A stretch of 64,000 nt of DNA. Origin: Octopus vulgaris. Its lineage: Eukaryota. Positions 52,911 through 64,000 of the stretch are shown here, piece by piece; position 1 is the stretch's first letter; every line of letters starts with the position of its first letter. The translations under genes were made by a program, and so were the position numbers. The notes under the pieces are model-generated. The model searched no databases. It had not been told where the DNA came from and saw only the letters and a list, made by a program, of their open reading frames with translations. The DNA is taken from NCBI GenBank assembly GCA_951406725.2, contig OX597831.1, positions 41,974,001 through 42,038,000 on the forward strand, in the 5' to 3' direction.

Positions 52911-55416
52911 CAACATCTGTATATTAAATACAAATACTGCATAGGCTTTCATAAAATGACTTTTAAAGCTCCTTCCATTAATAGAAATTTATGCATGCAA
53001 CACATACATACATATGTGTCTGTGGACACATGAAAATCTTTTTTATCATTCCCATTTCAATAAATAATTGTTTAAATTTTGTATGTGTTTGTGTTGTATT
53101 TTTAATAATATTTTTAAAACCATATCTAACTGGTTCAATACTATTTCAATTTACAACTGACTCGTAGAAGATATCTAATATGTAAACCTCTTTGTTTGAA
53201 TGTTTAAACCAATGGTTCTCAGAACATTTCTTGTCTATGGACCCCTTGATTACTATTTCATTCTTGCAGACCCCTATTGTCATTCAATATTTGGCATGGC
53301 TGTGTCGAAAGAATTTGTTTTCCAACCATGTGGTTCAAGCCAAGCTCAGTCCCAACCAATGGCCCAGGAACAAAATTTGCTTAGGGGGTGCAAACTCAGG
53401 TCTAAAATTTTTTACAAACAAGGCTGATTTTTTTTTTTTTTCAATCTTAATATCAAAATAAGCACAGGCATAATAATATTTTCTGTTATTATACTCAGAT
53501 TGAGTCTCAGAATTGTCACTTTCATTCATTACTTTCCATTTTAAACTTTATCCACCCGGAAAACACGATTTGAAAGCACATGCTGGCAACTGTAAACACT
53601 CGTATCGGGGTGGAAGAAGAGTGGCAGAAGACGTGTGTGTATTTATGTATGTACATGTATAACAGATCTTGTATATATCTATGTATAATTCGATATACAT
53701 TAATAAAGATAAGTTTAACACATTAAATTGATGCATAACAGCTTCATTAATGCTACTGACACACATGAATGATAACAAAAACAGTGTTGCATTTTAAACT
53801 TGAGAAATGCCTTGCATATTTATATTGCAAGGCTTTTCTCAAAGTTTAAAATGTGACACTATTTTTGTTATCGTGTGAGTGAGTGAATACAAATACATAA
53901 AACAGAACATGCTCACCCTCACACACACACATACACCCATTAGCTTCCTCTTCCACTTTGACATGGAAACTAACAAATGAAAGCGACAGTTCTAAAACTT
54001 AATCTGAGTGCCTGGAAAAGTAATGCTTCAAATCACTCCAAAACTTTTTCTATACTCGCTTGGTTTGGCAGTGAAGTTTTCCAAGAGTATCTAAAGCCTT
54101 TTCATTGCACAAGATTTTATGTACATGCATTACAGCACTATTAGATGATGTTGCAGCATAATTTTGATCCCAGCTCAATGTTTTGGTAACCAAAGACATC
54201 CAGAATAACTTTTGTTAGTGTCTCCGACATGTAGTCAGGAAAAAATCTTCTTGGACATCCTGGTTTTCAGAAACATAACAACAATAACTGATTTGTGTTC
54301 CATTCCAGAGAAATCACATATATTACCAATAAACATGAAATCTTCAAACATTTTAAAAAATCTCATATAAGGTGTTATGAGCATATGCCTCTAAGATTTC
54401 ATTTTGTATGGTATCAGATAGGAAATTAACTCTTTGTTTAAGCCACTGATTTACTTCTGCACTACATTCTTCAGCAAGTTTTTTTATGAGATTTACAAAG
54501 TTACCTGTGACATATGTTAACTTTCTCTTGATAATTGGTGTTGGTGTGTTTATGTCCCCGTAACTTAGCAGTTCGGCAAAAGATGCCGTGTGTATGAAAT
54601 ATTTTGGTTGAACTTGTATTTAGTTCAAATGGGATCTGAAATGCAGTTAATAGCACCCTGAAGAAGTTGCAATTAACATCAAAATGCATACCAAGATGCA
54701 ATATTTTACAGTGTGCACTAAGTTGCAGCAGAAACATATGTAGGTGGAGAAATGGAAAGATGTGATTGATTGCAGAATAAAACTGGATATATAAATCTCA
54801 GTTCACCTTAATTATTAAATTATATATATGCTTCGTTATTAGCTGGAGACAGACGGGACAAGTTACAAAGTAGAGCTTTTCTTTGGGGGGTGTGGAGGTT
54901 TTCGATCAAAAGGGATCGTAGAAAGAAAAAAAAAAGAAAAGAAAAACGATAAATAGGGATCGTGTATCACAGAAATGTCATGATGTAAAGTGCAAAGGGG
55001 GAAGCAGATAAGGTTTATCCATGGAAAGAAAAGCCAACGGAAAAGACCACGGTAATCTTGGTCATTAATGTCACATGTTAACACATTTATTTGCAAGTAA
55101 GTAACTCTCTGTTTTCAATTTTTCTGGATTCATAGGATTATGCTCAAAGTGGCTTTGTCATTAATACGTGCCATCCTTGCTACATTCACCCATCTTTTTT
55201 TTAAACGTTTCGCTAGACAAAACTTGTCTCTCTACTCTCACTTTCCTTTTCATGTGATACTTGAAGAAGCTGATGAGAGATTGACAAGAGAGGAAAGTGT
55301 TTGTCTCTAATCCTTTCAGACGCGTTCACCAGATACATTCTTTCGCCATAAGGATGATGAAAATAGCTCTTCCTTCCCGTTTGAAGGAAGGAGGCGTGAC
55401 GATATATATATATATA

Positions 55417-56170
55417 TATAAAATAATATGTTACAATTACTCAATAGTCAAGATAAAACTCTGAGTTTCAGATGCCGAAGTGGAAATCCACAACACCATC
55501 TCTTCGGTTATATGGCCATCTGAAAAAAACGCTATGAAAAAATACCGTTAAATAAAGGGAAATTACTGTGTTATAATTCTGCTACTTATATAAAATTAAA
55601 AGTAAACACGTAAACATGGCTAGTCATACGCTCACATGTGTACTTATACGTCACTATGAAAACGTACACGTCTTCACTCGCATTTTTTGCCAAATATATA
55701 CGCATATATATATACAAACTCATACACACACACACGCGTACCGTAAAAGTTCATACATACGTCTATATACGCACAAGCACAAGAAAAACCATGGTTAAAG
55801 GTAACAGAAAAAAACATAAGGAAGTATACAAAGCATAAAAACCACGTTCATATACGGACATGCCCTTATGCACTCATACACACACACGCCCATATATGTA
55901 CATACCCGAACATGTTTATATACGCATACACACACACACGCATATACAAAAAATGAACATACATATGCCCCCCCCCCCCCAAATAACGGTATCTTTTCAT
56001 AGCGTTTTTTCAGATGGCCAGATAACCGAAGAGATGGTGTTGTGGATTTCCACTTCAGCATCTGAAACTCAGAGTTTTATCTTGAGTAATTGTAACATAT
56101 TATTTTATAGATAAATTTCCTCTATTTACATAATATTGAGGTCTCTTTGTTTCTTTTGTTATCTTACCGT
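55417..56170. mobile_element. Penelope-like element with inverted ~130-bp repeats, each carrying a hammerhead-like fold
   Basis: 55417-55550 is the reverse complement of 55984-56109; fold GATAA|CCGAAGA|GATG…CATCT|GAAA|CTC-A-GAG|TT|TTATC; both ends lie in (AT)n. Confidence 0.6.
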
Positions 56171-56175
56171 TTTTA

Positions 56176-56239
<64 letters not shown>

Positions 56240-57335
56240 GATTGTTGCATTTACTCTTATATTCCCGGTGTCGATAAAATTAAGGACCAGTGTAGTGCTG
56301 AGGTATATTAAACAGATTATTTTTATTCTTGAAATTTGCGTTCTTTTACAAAATACAGTTCATTTACATAATATAAGGGATTGCTCTATTAAGGGATGAA
56401 TTTGGATTAAACAGAAAGAAGTAAATAGATATAAATATGAAGAAATAATTTGTGATATTTTATATGTGAGCTTATGAACACATAATATTTAATTGGCTTG
56501 TATAGTAGTGGGAAGAATACAGACCAAATTAACATAAAAAAAGAAGAAAAAATATTGCTGATGGTAACAATACATGGGAGATAATTCTAAAAAAATAACT
56601 AGAGTGGAGATAACTCTAACCAAGTTTTATTTTATGTTCACGTAATTTTGCGGTTCGGAAATAGAGATTAAAAGAAAATGAACAAATAGAAATAAGTACT
56701 AGGGCCAATTTCTTTGACTAAATCGTTCAAAGCGGTGCCTAAACCTGACTGCAGTCCAATGATTAAAACAAATAAAAGATAACGCTACAGCACACAGCAC
56801 GCGTCGAAGGATGAATCGATGCGAAGAACGGGACGGATATAAGAAAGGGACATATCTATCTTTACAGATTCTCCACTCCCTCATCGCCACAGAACCAAGG
56901 AAACGGACCACTGAAAGACTGACAGCGACGATTGTAAGGTAGTCAAAATGGATCGCATTTATAAAGACAAAATAACGATCCTTTCTACAACAGGCACAAG
57001 TCTTGAAATTTTTGGGAAGAGGCTTGTCGATAACACAATATCACCGACTCCAATGCTCAACTGACACTTTATTATATCGCCCCGAAAAGAAAAGGCAAAG
57101 ACATGTCGACCTCGGCGGAACTTGAACTCAGAACGTAATGCCGTTAATCATTTTGTCTGGCGTGCTAATGATTCGGCCAGTTCGCCACCTTACTCTGCAT
57201 GTAATAACGGTTTTTAAATTTTGGCCGAGACCATCAATTTCGGGTATGGGTGGAAGTCAAGTACATCGACAGGTATTTATTTTATCGACTATGATGAAAG
57301 GCAAAGTCGTCCTCGGCTAAATTAACCCGGGAATG

Positions 57336-57731
57336 GGATCTTTTCGGTTTGAACGGCAGTTCTTCTAGCGGTGTCATATGAAATTGTCACCCATAATTAT
57401 GACCCTATATCGATCTATTGCATTTCAATCTGTTTTAGGGTTAGGGGTGGGGGAAGGGTATATTTTTTTCTTCAGAAATGTAAATAAACCCAATCTGTTT
57501 CTTAAACGAGGGACATATTCATACAGCACAATGTTTTCACCTCAATAGACGTCATTGATTGTCTAAAATTGAAGAAAAACAACAACAAATATCTTACAAA
57601 CTATAGAATTTTCTCAATAAAGCCAAGAGTAAAAGATGTTTTACAAACACATTCTACCAGTATACGAAGTTTAAAATTTTTTAGTTACCTAGAAATTATG
57701 TTAAAAACTGCCGTTCAAACCGAAAAGATCC
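57336..57731 (-). mobile_element. Merlin-like MITE family A, complete
   Basis: Matching terminal TIRs and perfect 8-bp TSD CGGGAATG. Confidence 0.95.
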
Positions 57732-58060
57732 CGGGAATGTAATAATAACCGTTAGTAGTGGATGACAAAATTTGTAGGGCTTCGGATGTAATGCTTTGGG
57801 ATATCTAGTTATGTCCTTTAACGCTCTGAGTTCAAATCCCACTAAAGTTGTATTTGCGTTTCATCATCTTCCCAAAGTGAATGAAACAGAGATGAGACAA
57901 GGCGAAGAAGACGCTGTTGTGTGACATACGCAGGACATTCAGTAACTGGTCAGATCTGGGTCTACAAGAGAGTAGAAGGAGAGGCGCTCAAGTTATTGGA
58001 GAAAGCAGGTGTTAAGTGTTTCAATCATATGAATGTGTGTGTGTGTGTGTGTGTGTGTGC

Positions 58061-58140
<80 letters not shown>

Positions 58141-58574
58141 TTGTATAGGGTACCGTTATACCAAAGCTATTATACGTATATGCTGAAAGAACATTCCGAA
58201 CACGTCCTACCACTTCAAATATTCACTCCATAATTACAGGTTGAAAAGGGGGAAAGCAGACTGGCTAAAAATTCATAAAATAATTCAGATAGCTTTGGAT
58301 TGATCAATTTCTGGATTAGTTTGGTAACTTTTCCTTCGTTAGCAAAACACACTGGGCGAAATAAATGAAAATATCTATACATACCGTCAGAAAAGCATAC
58401 GCAAAATGCCAGTACATATAAATATTCACAAATATATACACATCAGATTTCTCAGTCCACCTCAACACGAGTGCATTTCAACCTGCGTAATTAGTTGTGA
58501 AGTGAATATTTGAAGGGGGAGGTCGTATTCGGTGTGTTCTTTCAGCATATAAGCATATTAACTGGTACTTGTAA

Positions 58575-58796
58575 AGACGGTGAGCTGGCAGAAACGTTAG
58601 CACACCGGGCAAATTGCTTAACGGTATTTCGTCTGCCGCTACGTTCCGAGTTCAAATTCCGCCGAGGTCGACTTTGCCTTTCATCCTTTTGGGGTCGATA
58701 AATTAAGTACCAGTGACACACTGGGGTCGATGTAATCGACTTAATACCTATGTTTGTCCCCTCTGTGTTTAGCCCCTTGTGGGTAATAAAGAAATA
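58575..58796 (+). mobile_element. family B SINE, T2 tail
   Basis: TSD GGTACTTGTA at 58564 and 58797. Confidence 0.9.
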
Positions 58797-58924
58797 GGTA
58801 CTTGTATAGAGTGCGATCTACCACGGTGTCAAACCGGGTTATCTACCTTTTCTTTCAGATATTTCCAGTTATTTCAGATAAAAAAAACTTCAGATATTTC
58901 AGAGATCATTAAAAAAATTTTTTT

Positions 58925-59560
58925 TAAGAATTATAATGTTAGCATCTAACTCTGATCACTCAATGGCCTGAGTGTGTGCTCCGGTCACTGGATCCAGATA
59001 ATGTCGTTGATGGTTCACTGTCAGATTGTGATAACTTATGGCATTTATATTATTATAAGCCGACCACTCATCTCAATGAATAACTGGACATTTTCACATT
59101 CTCTTTCAATAATTTGTATCAGACTGTTCCCGTCACGCCGTTCCACACAAACGTATCGACAGTTTGTGCCTTGTTTGAGACCAAAAACCCATGGCCCATT
59201 AATTCTACATCCATGGTTCCTGTTGTTTCGTTGTTCTGCATCACTGTCTTCGAAGAGAGGAGCGTTGTCGCCATACAGCATTCTTCCTCGATTGTATCTT
59301 CGTCGACCAACAAATCTTGCTTCATCGATCTGAATGGGGTTATCGTTTGTTCTAACCACCTTCCCTCGTCGTACATGATAAACTATGGCTCCGCATAATT
59401 TGCAGCACATTTTTAGTTGTTCCTGTCAGAGTCAATGCTGTGGTCATAGGTATATCCATGACAAAGAAAAATATCAGTTCTAAAATCTCACCCATGTTCA
59501 GCTTCCAGTTTAATTTGTTGTTATAATGTCCGTATAATGGAAAATTGGTTTCCTTTATTA
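58925..59560 (-). pseudogene. Merlin transposase remnant, second lineage
   Basis: ORF 59045-59410 has IQIDEARFVGRRRYNRGR…GPWVFG…VERRD; an adjacent frame continues DEWSAY…TVNHQRHYLDPVTGAHTQAIE. Confidence 0.9.
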
Positions 59561-59789
59561 ACTGAACGTTTAACCCTTGACAACATGCTAAACCGCATAC
59601 TATACTAGCACCTAATAGCTTAAGTATAATTGTACCCTATACAGTTATATAGGAGGCAATGGCCCAGTGGTTAGAGCAGCGGAAACATGTAAACAAGACT
59701 GCTTTCAGTACATGCTTCCTCACAGACTTTTAAAAGACTGTTACTATAGCAACAGGCAAAAGAGTTCTCATGTGTGAAAAGCAACAATG

Positions 59790-60430
59790 AAAAAGGTGCA
59801 AAAAGTTTAAGAATTGGTCTTCAATGTAACAACAATGAGTTATATATATATACACCTTTTCCTTTTATTTCCCATTTGTCAACAGAATATTGTTGGCATA
59901 ATAGTTACATATCATGGGATTGATATATGATAGAACTCAATAATAAATATAGCAGATTTTAGTGAAACACCAATCAGAGCACAATTTACATAAATGTGTT
60001 TGAAAATATGTATGTGTATTTTCATGTTTTAACCAAATCAATGGAATAAGGTTTTGTGGAAATGTGCATGTATGTTGTCTTGCTATAAAAAGCTTATAGA
60101 ATATTATGTTGTAGAAAATGTTAGCAAGCTAGCACAAAAAACAACAGTACAAAAGGTGTAGAAATTTCAAGAATTAGTCTTTGTTTAATTTCCAACCTCT
60201 TATATTTCCTGCATATTAACAGAAACTAGACCTCTTCAGATCGTATTGGTATACAAATTACACATGCCGTGGTTGTAAATACAGGTTTTGAAATAGTAAG
60301 AGAATCCAACTTACTAATTTACATCATGGCAAAAATTTACGTAAATATGTTTCAGAATATGTATTTGTATTTTGGTACTTTTATCTAAGTCATTGGAATA
60401 AAATTTTTGTGAAAATGTACATATATACTG

Positions 60431-60467
<37 letters not shown>

Positions 60468-60962
60468 CCGTATAGAATACTAGCCGCATAGCCCGGCGTT
60501 GCCCGGGTATGTAAGAGCCCCTAGTAGGCAACGACTAATCCCAATCTAGTCCTTTCCCTCTAAGGAACGAAGGCGCATGTGTAGGTTGCAATGTCTTCTC
60601 TTCACTCGAATACTTCTGTGTATACGATGTTCCTAGCTGTCCCTTTGGGCGAAAACATGAAAACATCATTGCGCCTCCCAACGCATGAACAGCCCATGTA
60701 CAGCCCAGAAAATGTGTTGCATATAAAAAGCTTAGATTCTCGACCCCGTGTCGAATTTATCGATTTTTTCAGAACTGGGGGAACTTTTCAAAATTTTCGC
60801 TGCATTAGTCTTGAATTATGACATTGGGCTATGTGTGTGTCAAGTTTCATCAGAATAGGTTGAAAGCCGTGGTCAGGGTGAGGGTACAACCTGACAGACA
60901 CACAGACATACAGACAGACAAACTGACGTTTATATAGAGAGAGATTATGTTGTAGAAAGTGT
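59790..60962 (+). repeat. old ~360-bp tandem duplication, second unit split by a Helitron
   Basis: AAAAGGTG.A.AAA.TT.AAGAATT.GTCTT starts units at ~59790 and ~60151; both end TATAGAATA|TTATGTTGTAGAAA. Confidence 0.75.
60480..60944 (-). mobile_element. non-autonomous Helitron
   Basis: Minus strand 5' TC, 3' hairpin CCCGGGCAACGCCGGG then CTAG, inserted between A and T with no TSD. Confidence 0.88.
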
Positions 60963-60966
60963 CATA

Positions 60967-62228
60967 GTAGGACGTCAAGTATGAAATTTGCAGAAAAGAA
61001 AAACAAGTTTGCTAACGTTTCATAAATACAAGGAATAGTTTTATTCATCAAAGTATGTACTCATATTGTCAATACGCTTTTGCTATTTCAGCGGTAGCTT
61101 GTCCAGCCCGGAACTGTAAAAGCCTAGAAATCTAGAGTCAATAAAATCTTGGAAGGCCTGTTTTATAGCATCGTCGGAATTTTTTTTTTTCCTATCAGAA
61201 GGTTATCCAAATTCTGGAAGGAGTGGTTGTCTGTGGTGGATGATGGAGACCTTCCAACTCCAACACCTGTAATTTCACCAATGTCATTTTTGCGATGTGT
61301 GGTCTGGCCTTGTCTTGCAATAAAATAGGGCTGGATCTGTTGTCTAATCTAAGCTGGGTTTTTTTTTTTTGTAAGTTTCTGCATCATTTGGTTCAGTTGG
61401 CGGCAGTATACTTTGGCTGTGATTGATGAGCCAGGTTTAATGAAATCATAATGGATCTCACCTGCACCAGACCACCAAACACACACTATCAGCTTCTTTT
61501 GATGAATTTTGCTTTTTGGACTGTGTTTTGGTGGCTCATCTTTGTCCAACCATTGTGCTGAACATTTACAGTTGTTGTATTGGATCCATTTCTCATCACA
61601 TGTTACAATACGATTCAAAACTGATTCAAATTTTGTGACGAGAAAGTAGCATACATTGCAGTTTCTGATTTTCATTGAATTCATGTGGAACCCAATTATC
61701 CAACTTTTTCATTTTACCGATTTGAACTAGGTGAGTCAATATTGTTTGCTTGCTAACACCAAACAGTAACAATAATTCACAGGCACTTTGAGATGGATCT
61801 GACTCGACGGTGGCTTTCAGTTTGTCATTATCCACCTTTGTTTCTGGTCGACCACATTGCTCATTTCTGAGGTCAAAGTTACCAGAATGAAATTTTGCAA
61901 ACCAGTTTGATATTCCTTGCTGTGTAATAACATTAGAATAAAATACTCCATTAATATTCTGAGCTGTCTGTGATGCTGTATTTCCAAGAAAGAACTCATA
62001 TTTCAAAATTGTACGAATTTCCGACTTATCCATCTCTAAACAAAGACAGCAAAAGAAAATTTATAAATACTTTATAAAGTGCAAAATGAGTTAGAATAAA
62101 GAAATAGATGTGTCAGCTTTCTAACAAAAATAAACAAAAAATAAAGATTGTCAAAATATAATAATGGCGCAAAATAAGCAGCTGTCAAAGTTTTTACCTT
62201 ACTACAAATTTCATACTTGACAACCTAA
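60967..62228 (-). mobile_element. full-length decayed mariner transposon
   Basis: ~27-bp TIR TTAGGTTGTCAAGTATGAAATTTG.AG (left copy mutated), TA TSDs, 1.26 kb. Confidence 0.92.
61041..62033 (-). pseudogene. mariner transposase (Hsmar1/SETMAR-transposase-like), frameshifted
   Basis: MDKSEIRTILKYEF…WVPHE; IVTCDEKWIQYNN; ILLQDKARPH; the YSPDLAP region appears deleted. Confidence 0.92.
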
Positions 62229-62449
62229 TAGAAAATTACTCCCCACCCCTATACACATATACGTGGGTGTGTATTGTTTGTGTATGTTTGTTGAGTCAAA
62301 ATGTTTTGTGAGTTTATAATCTATGTTAGCAAAGATAAACATAAATTACATATGTAAAGAGGTTATTTTATTCAGAAAAAGATTTTAAAAATCTAACCGC
62401 TGATTAAATGAAAGGGAGAATGAGGGAGGAGTGGAAATGAGAGTGTAAA

Positions 62450-63560
62450 ACTACTGTTTTTCTATGGTTCTGTGGAAGTTAAGTGAAGATTGGACAGTTG
62501 TGTTCACAAACTACTAGGCTTTTATTAACTGATAAAGCATACCTTGCTTCAGCTTATCAGCGTAAATGTGCATGAATAGGTGATTAGAAGAATTACTAAT
62601 AACCGAGTGAAAGTAAGGGGAGAAAGGATTAGTATGCATGTGTCTGAGAAAGCAAGCTATTTCATGCCTGGAATTTTTTCTCCAAATCTATAGTTCTGCT
62701 ATAAGAACATAACTAATATACAAGTGTTCCCACGGACAACCAAACTTAAACTCCTCTGTTATTGCCTAGAGCATGTTAATCTGTTACTAAACTTATTGTA
62801 GACTCTCAGCTTTTTGACTCTGCCTGGTCTGCATAAGCCAGTAATCACTTTTTAGTTTTCTTACCGACCATCAGATTACAGGGTGCGGAATTCTGCTGGA
62901 GCCCTTCTCCATATCAACAACTGTTATGCATAAGGCTTACACTTAGCTATGCACCTCTGTAATTATTTCACTATGAAGATAATATTAATAAAACCACTTC
63001 CTGGCACAAAATAGAATGGCATCATATTTAGGCTCTGAATCAATTGTGCTATCTCTTTCCGTAATATTCATGACCTGGTTCAATAATTTGATACCTCGGT
63101 AATCGCCTCTCTCAAATGCATCTCCGTTAGCCCTTGTAGCTTATATACTTCCTTCCTTCCTTTCTCCCCCTCCCGCCCTTCCTTCCTTCCTTCCTTCCTT
63201 CCTTCCTTATTTACTTCCTTAAGCTCTTCGCTCCTTCTGGCGCACAGGCCATCGACAACATTTCTCCACCGTTCTCAACTTTGGACTGTCTTTTCTGTTC
63301 CTCTCTAGTTGAATCCCTGATTTTCCAAATCTTGTTCAGTATCTTACTTCCAACTGTTTCCTTTTGGATTTTTCGGCACTGTGTCATATGTTTCTCTGAG
63401 GGAAGGCCTTCCTCTCCCAGACCTTGTTGGCTCTGGATAGTCATTAATGTTTCTGTAACTGCTTTTTTCCTAGTTAGGGGTGTTAATCCTATGCAAATCC
63501 ATAATTATCTTTTGGAAGATGTGGTCCATATTGATCTGGATTCTATCTTTTGATCTGTCC
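62450..63560 (-). mobile_element. possible decayed LINE (APE endonuclease region)
   Basis: LTEMHL…ILRK resembles the APE .TET.L motif; many stops. Confidence 0.3.
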
Positions 63561-63690
63561 TGCATGTGAGGCCCCAGCAGGAGCTAGCGCTCTACAGGCA
63601 TTGTTTGCAGGGTGACAGAGACATACAAGCCACCACGACACAACAAGGACTAGACCTTGTGGTGGACCTCTTGATGATAATAACTAATTG

Positions 63691-63995
63691 GTACTCTGTT
63701 GGTTATGACGATGAGCATTCTAGTTAATCCGACCAGTAGAACAGCCTGATTGTGAAATGAACTGAGCACTCCTCAGACACATGTACTGGTTGTCAGCTGA
63801 AAAAAAGTGAGTAGTGCCTGTATTTCAAAGGGCCAGCCTTGTCACCCTCTGTGTCGCACTAAATCTCCCTGGGAACTACATTAAGGGTACACGTGTCTGT
63901 GGAATGCTCAGTCACTTGCACATTGATTTCATCAGCAAATTGTTCCATTTATCGGATCAACTGGAACTCTCATCATCATAACTGACCCAGTGCCA
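63691..63995. mobile_element. two opposed fragments of the SINE C tail type 3
   Basis: 63815-63995 matches 18825-19007; 63691-63786 is its reverse complement 3' part. Confidence 0.75.
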
Positions 63996-64000
63996 GTATA

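Noticed and set aside
54000-54740. Decayed hAT transposase or host exon
   Set aside because: No motif I could verify; needs blastx.
55265-55310. CTGATGA…GAAA motif
   Set aside because: No stem II pairing.

Overview
AT-rich, microsatellite-saturated, repeat-dense eukaryotic DNA. The SINE/MITE repertoire most resembles an octopus (cephalopod) genome; this is recognition, not a database result. I could not support any intact host protein-coding exon, rRNA, true tRNA gene or CRISPR array, and almost all listed ORFs are microsatellite or repeat artefacts. The window is mostly transposon remains, in five groups. (1) Three tRNA-headed SINE superfamilies with modular bodies and tails. (2) A Merlin (IS1595/ISXO2-type DDE) system: three decayed transposase remnants, one apparently full-length with an 8-bp TSD, plus several non-autonomous GG...CC/8-bp-TSD MITE families, many carrying internal telomere-like (CCCTAA)n. 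(3) Tc1/mariner elements: one full-length decayed mariner, one fold-back derivative and several MITEs. (4) Helitrons, one with its own empty-site paralogue next to it. (5) RTE-type LINE ends and Penelope-like pieces. The most interesting signal is a set of type I hammerhead-ribozyme folds (1572-1622, 1791-1837, 2356-2393, 2869-2917, 44757-44801, 56021-56081). One belongs to a ~370-nt circularly permuted, head-to-head repeated unit that looks like a non-LTR retrozyme. All coordinates were read by eye; ends without a TSD or TIR are approximate.
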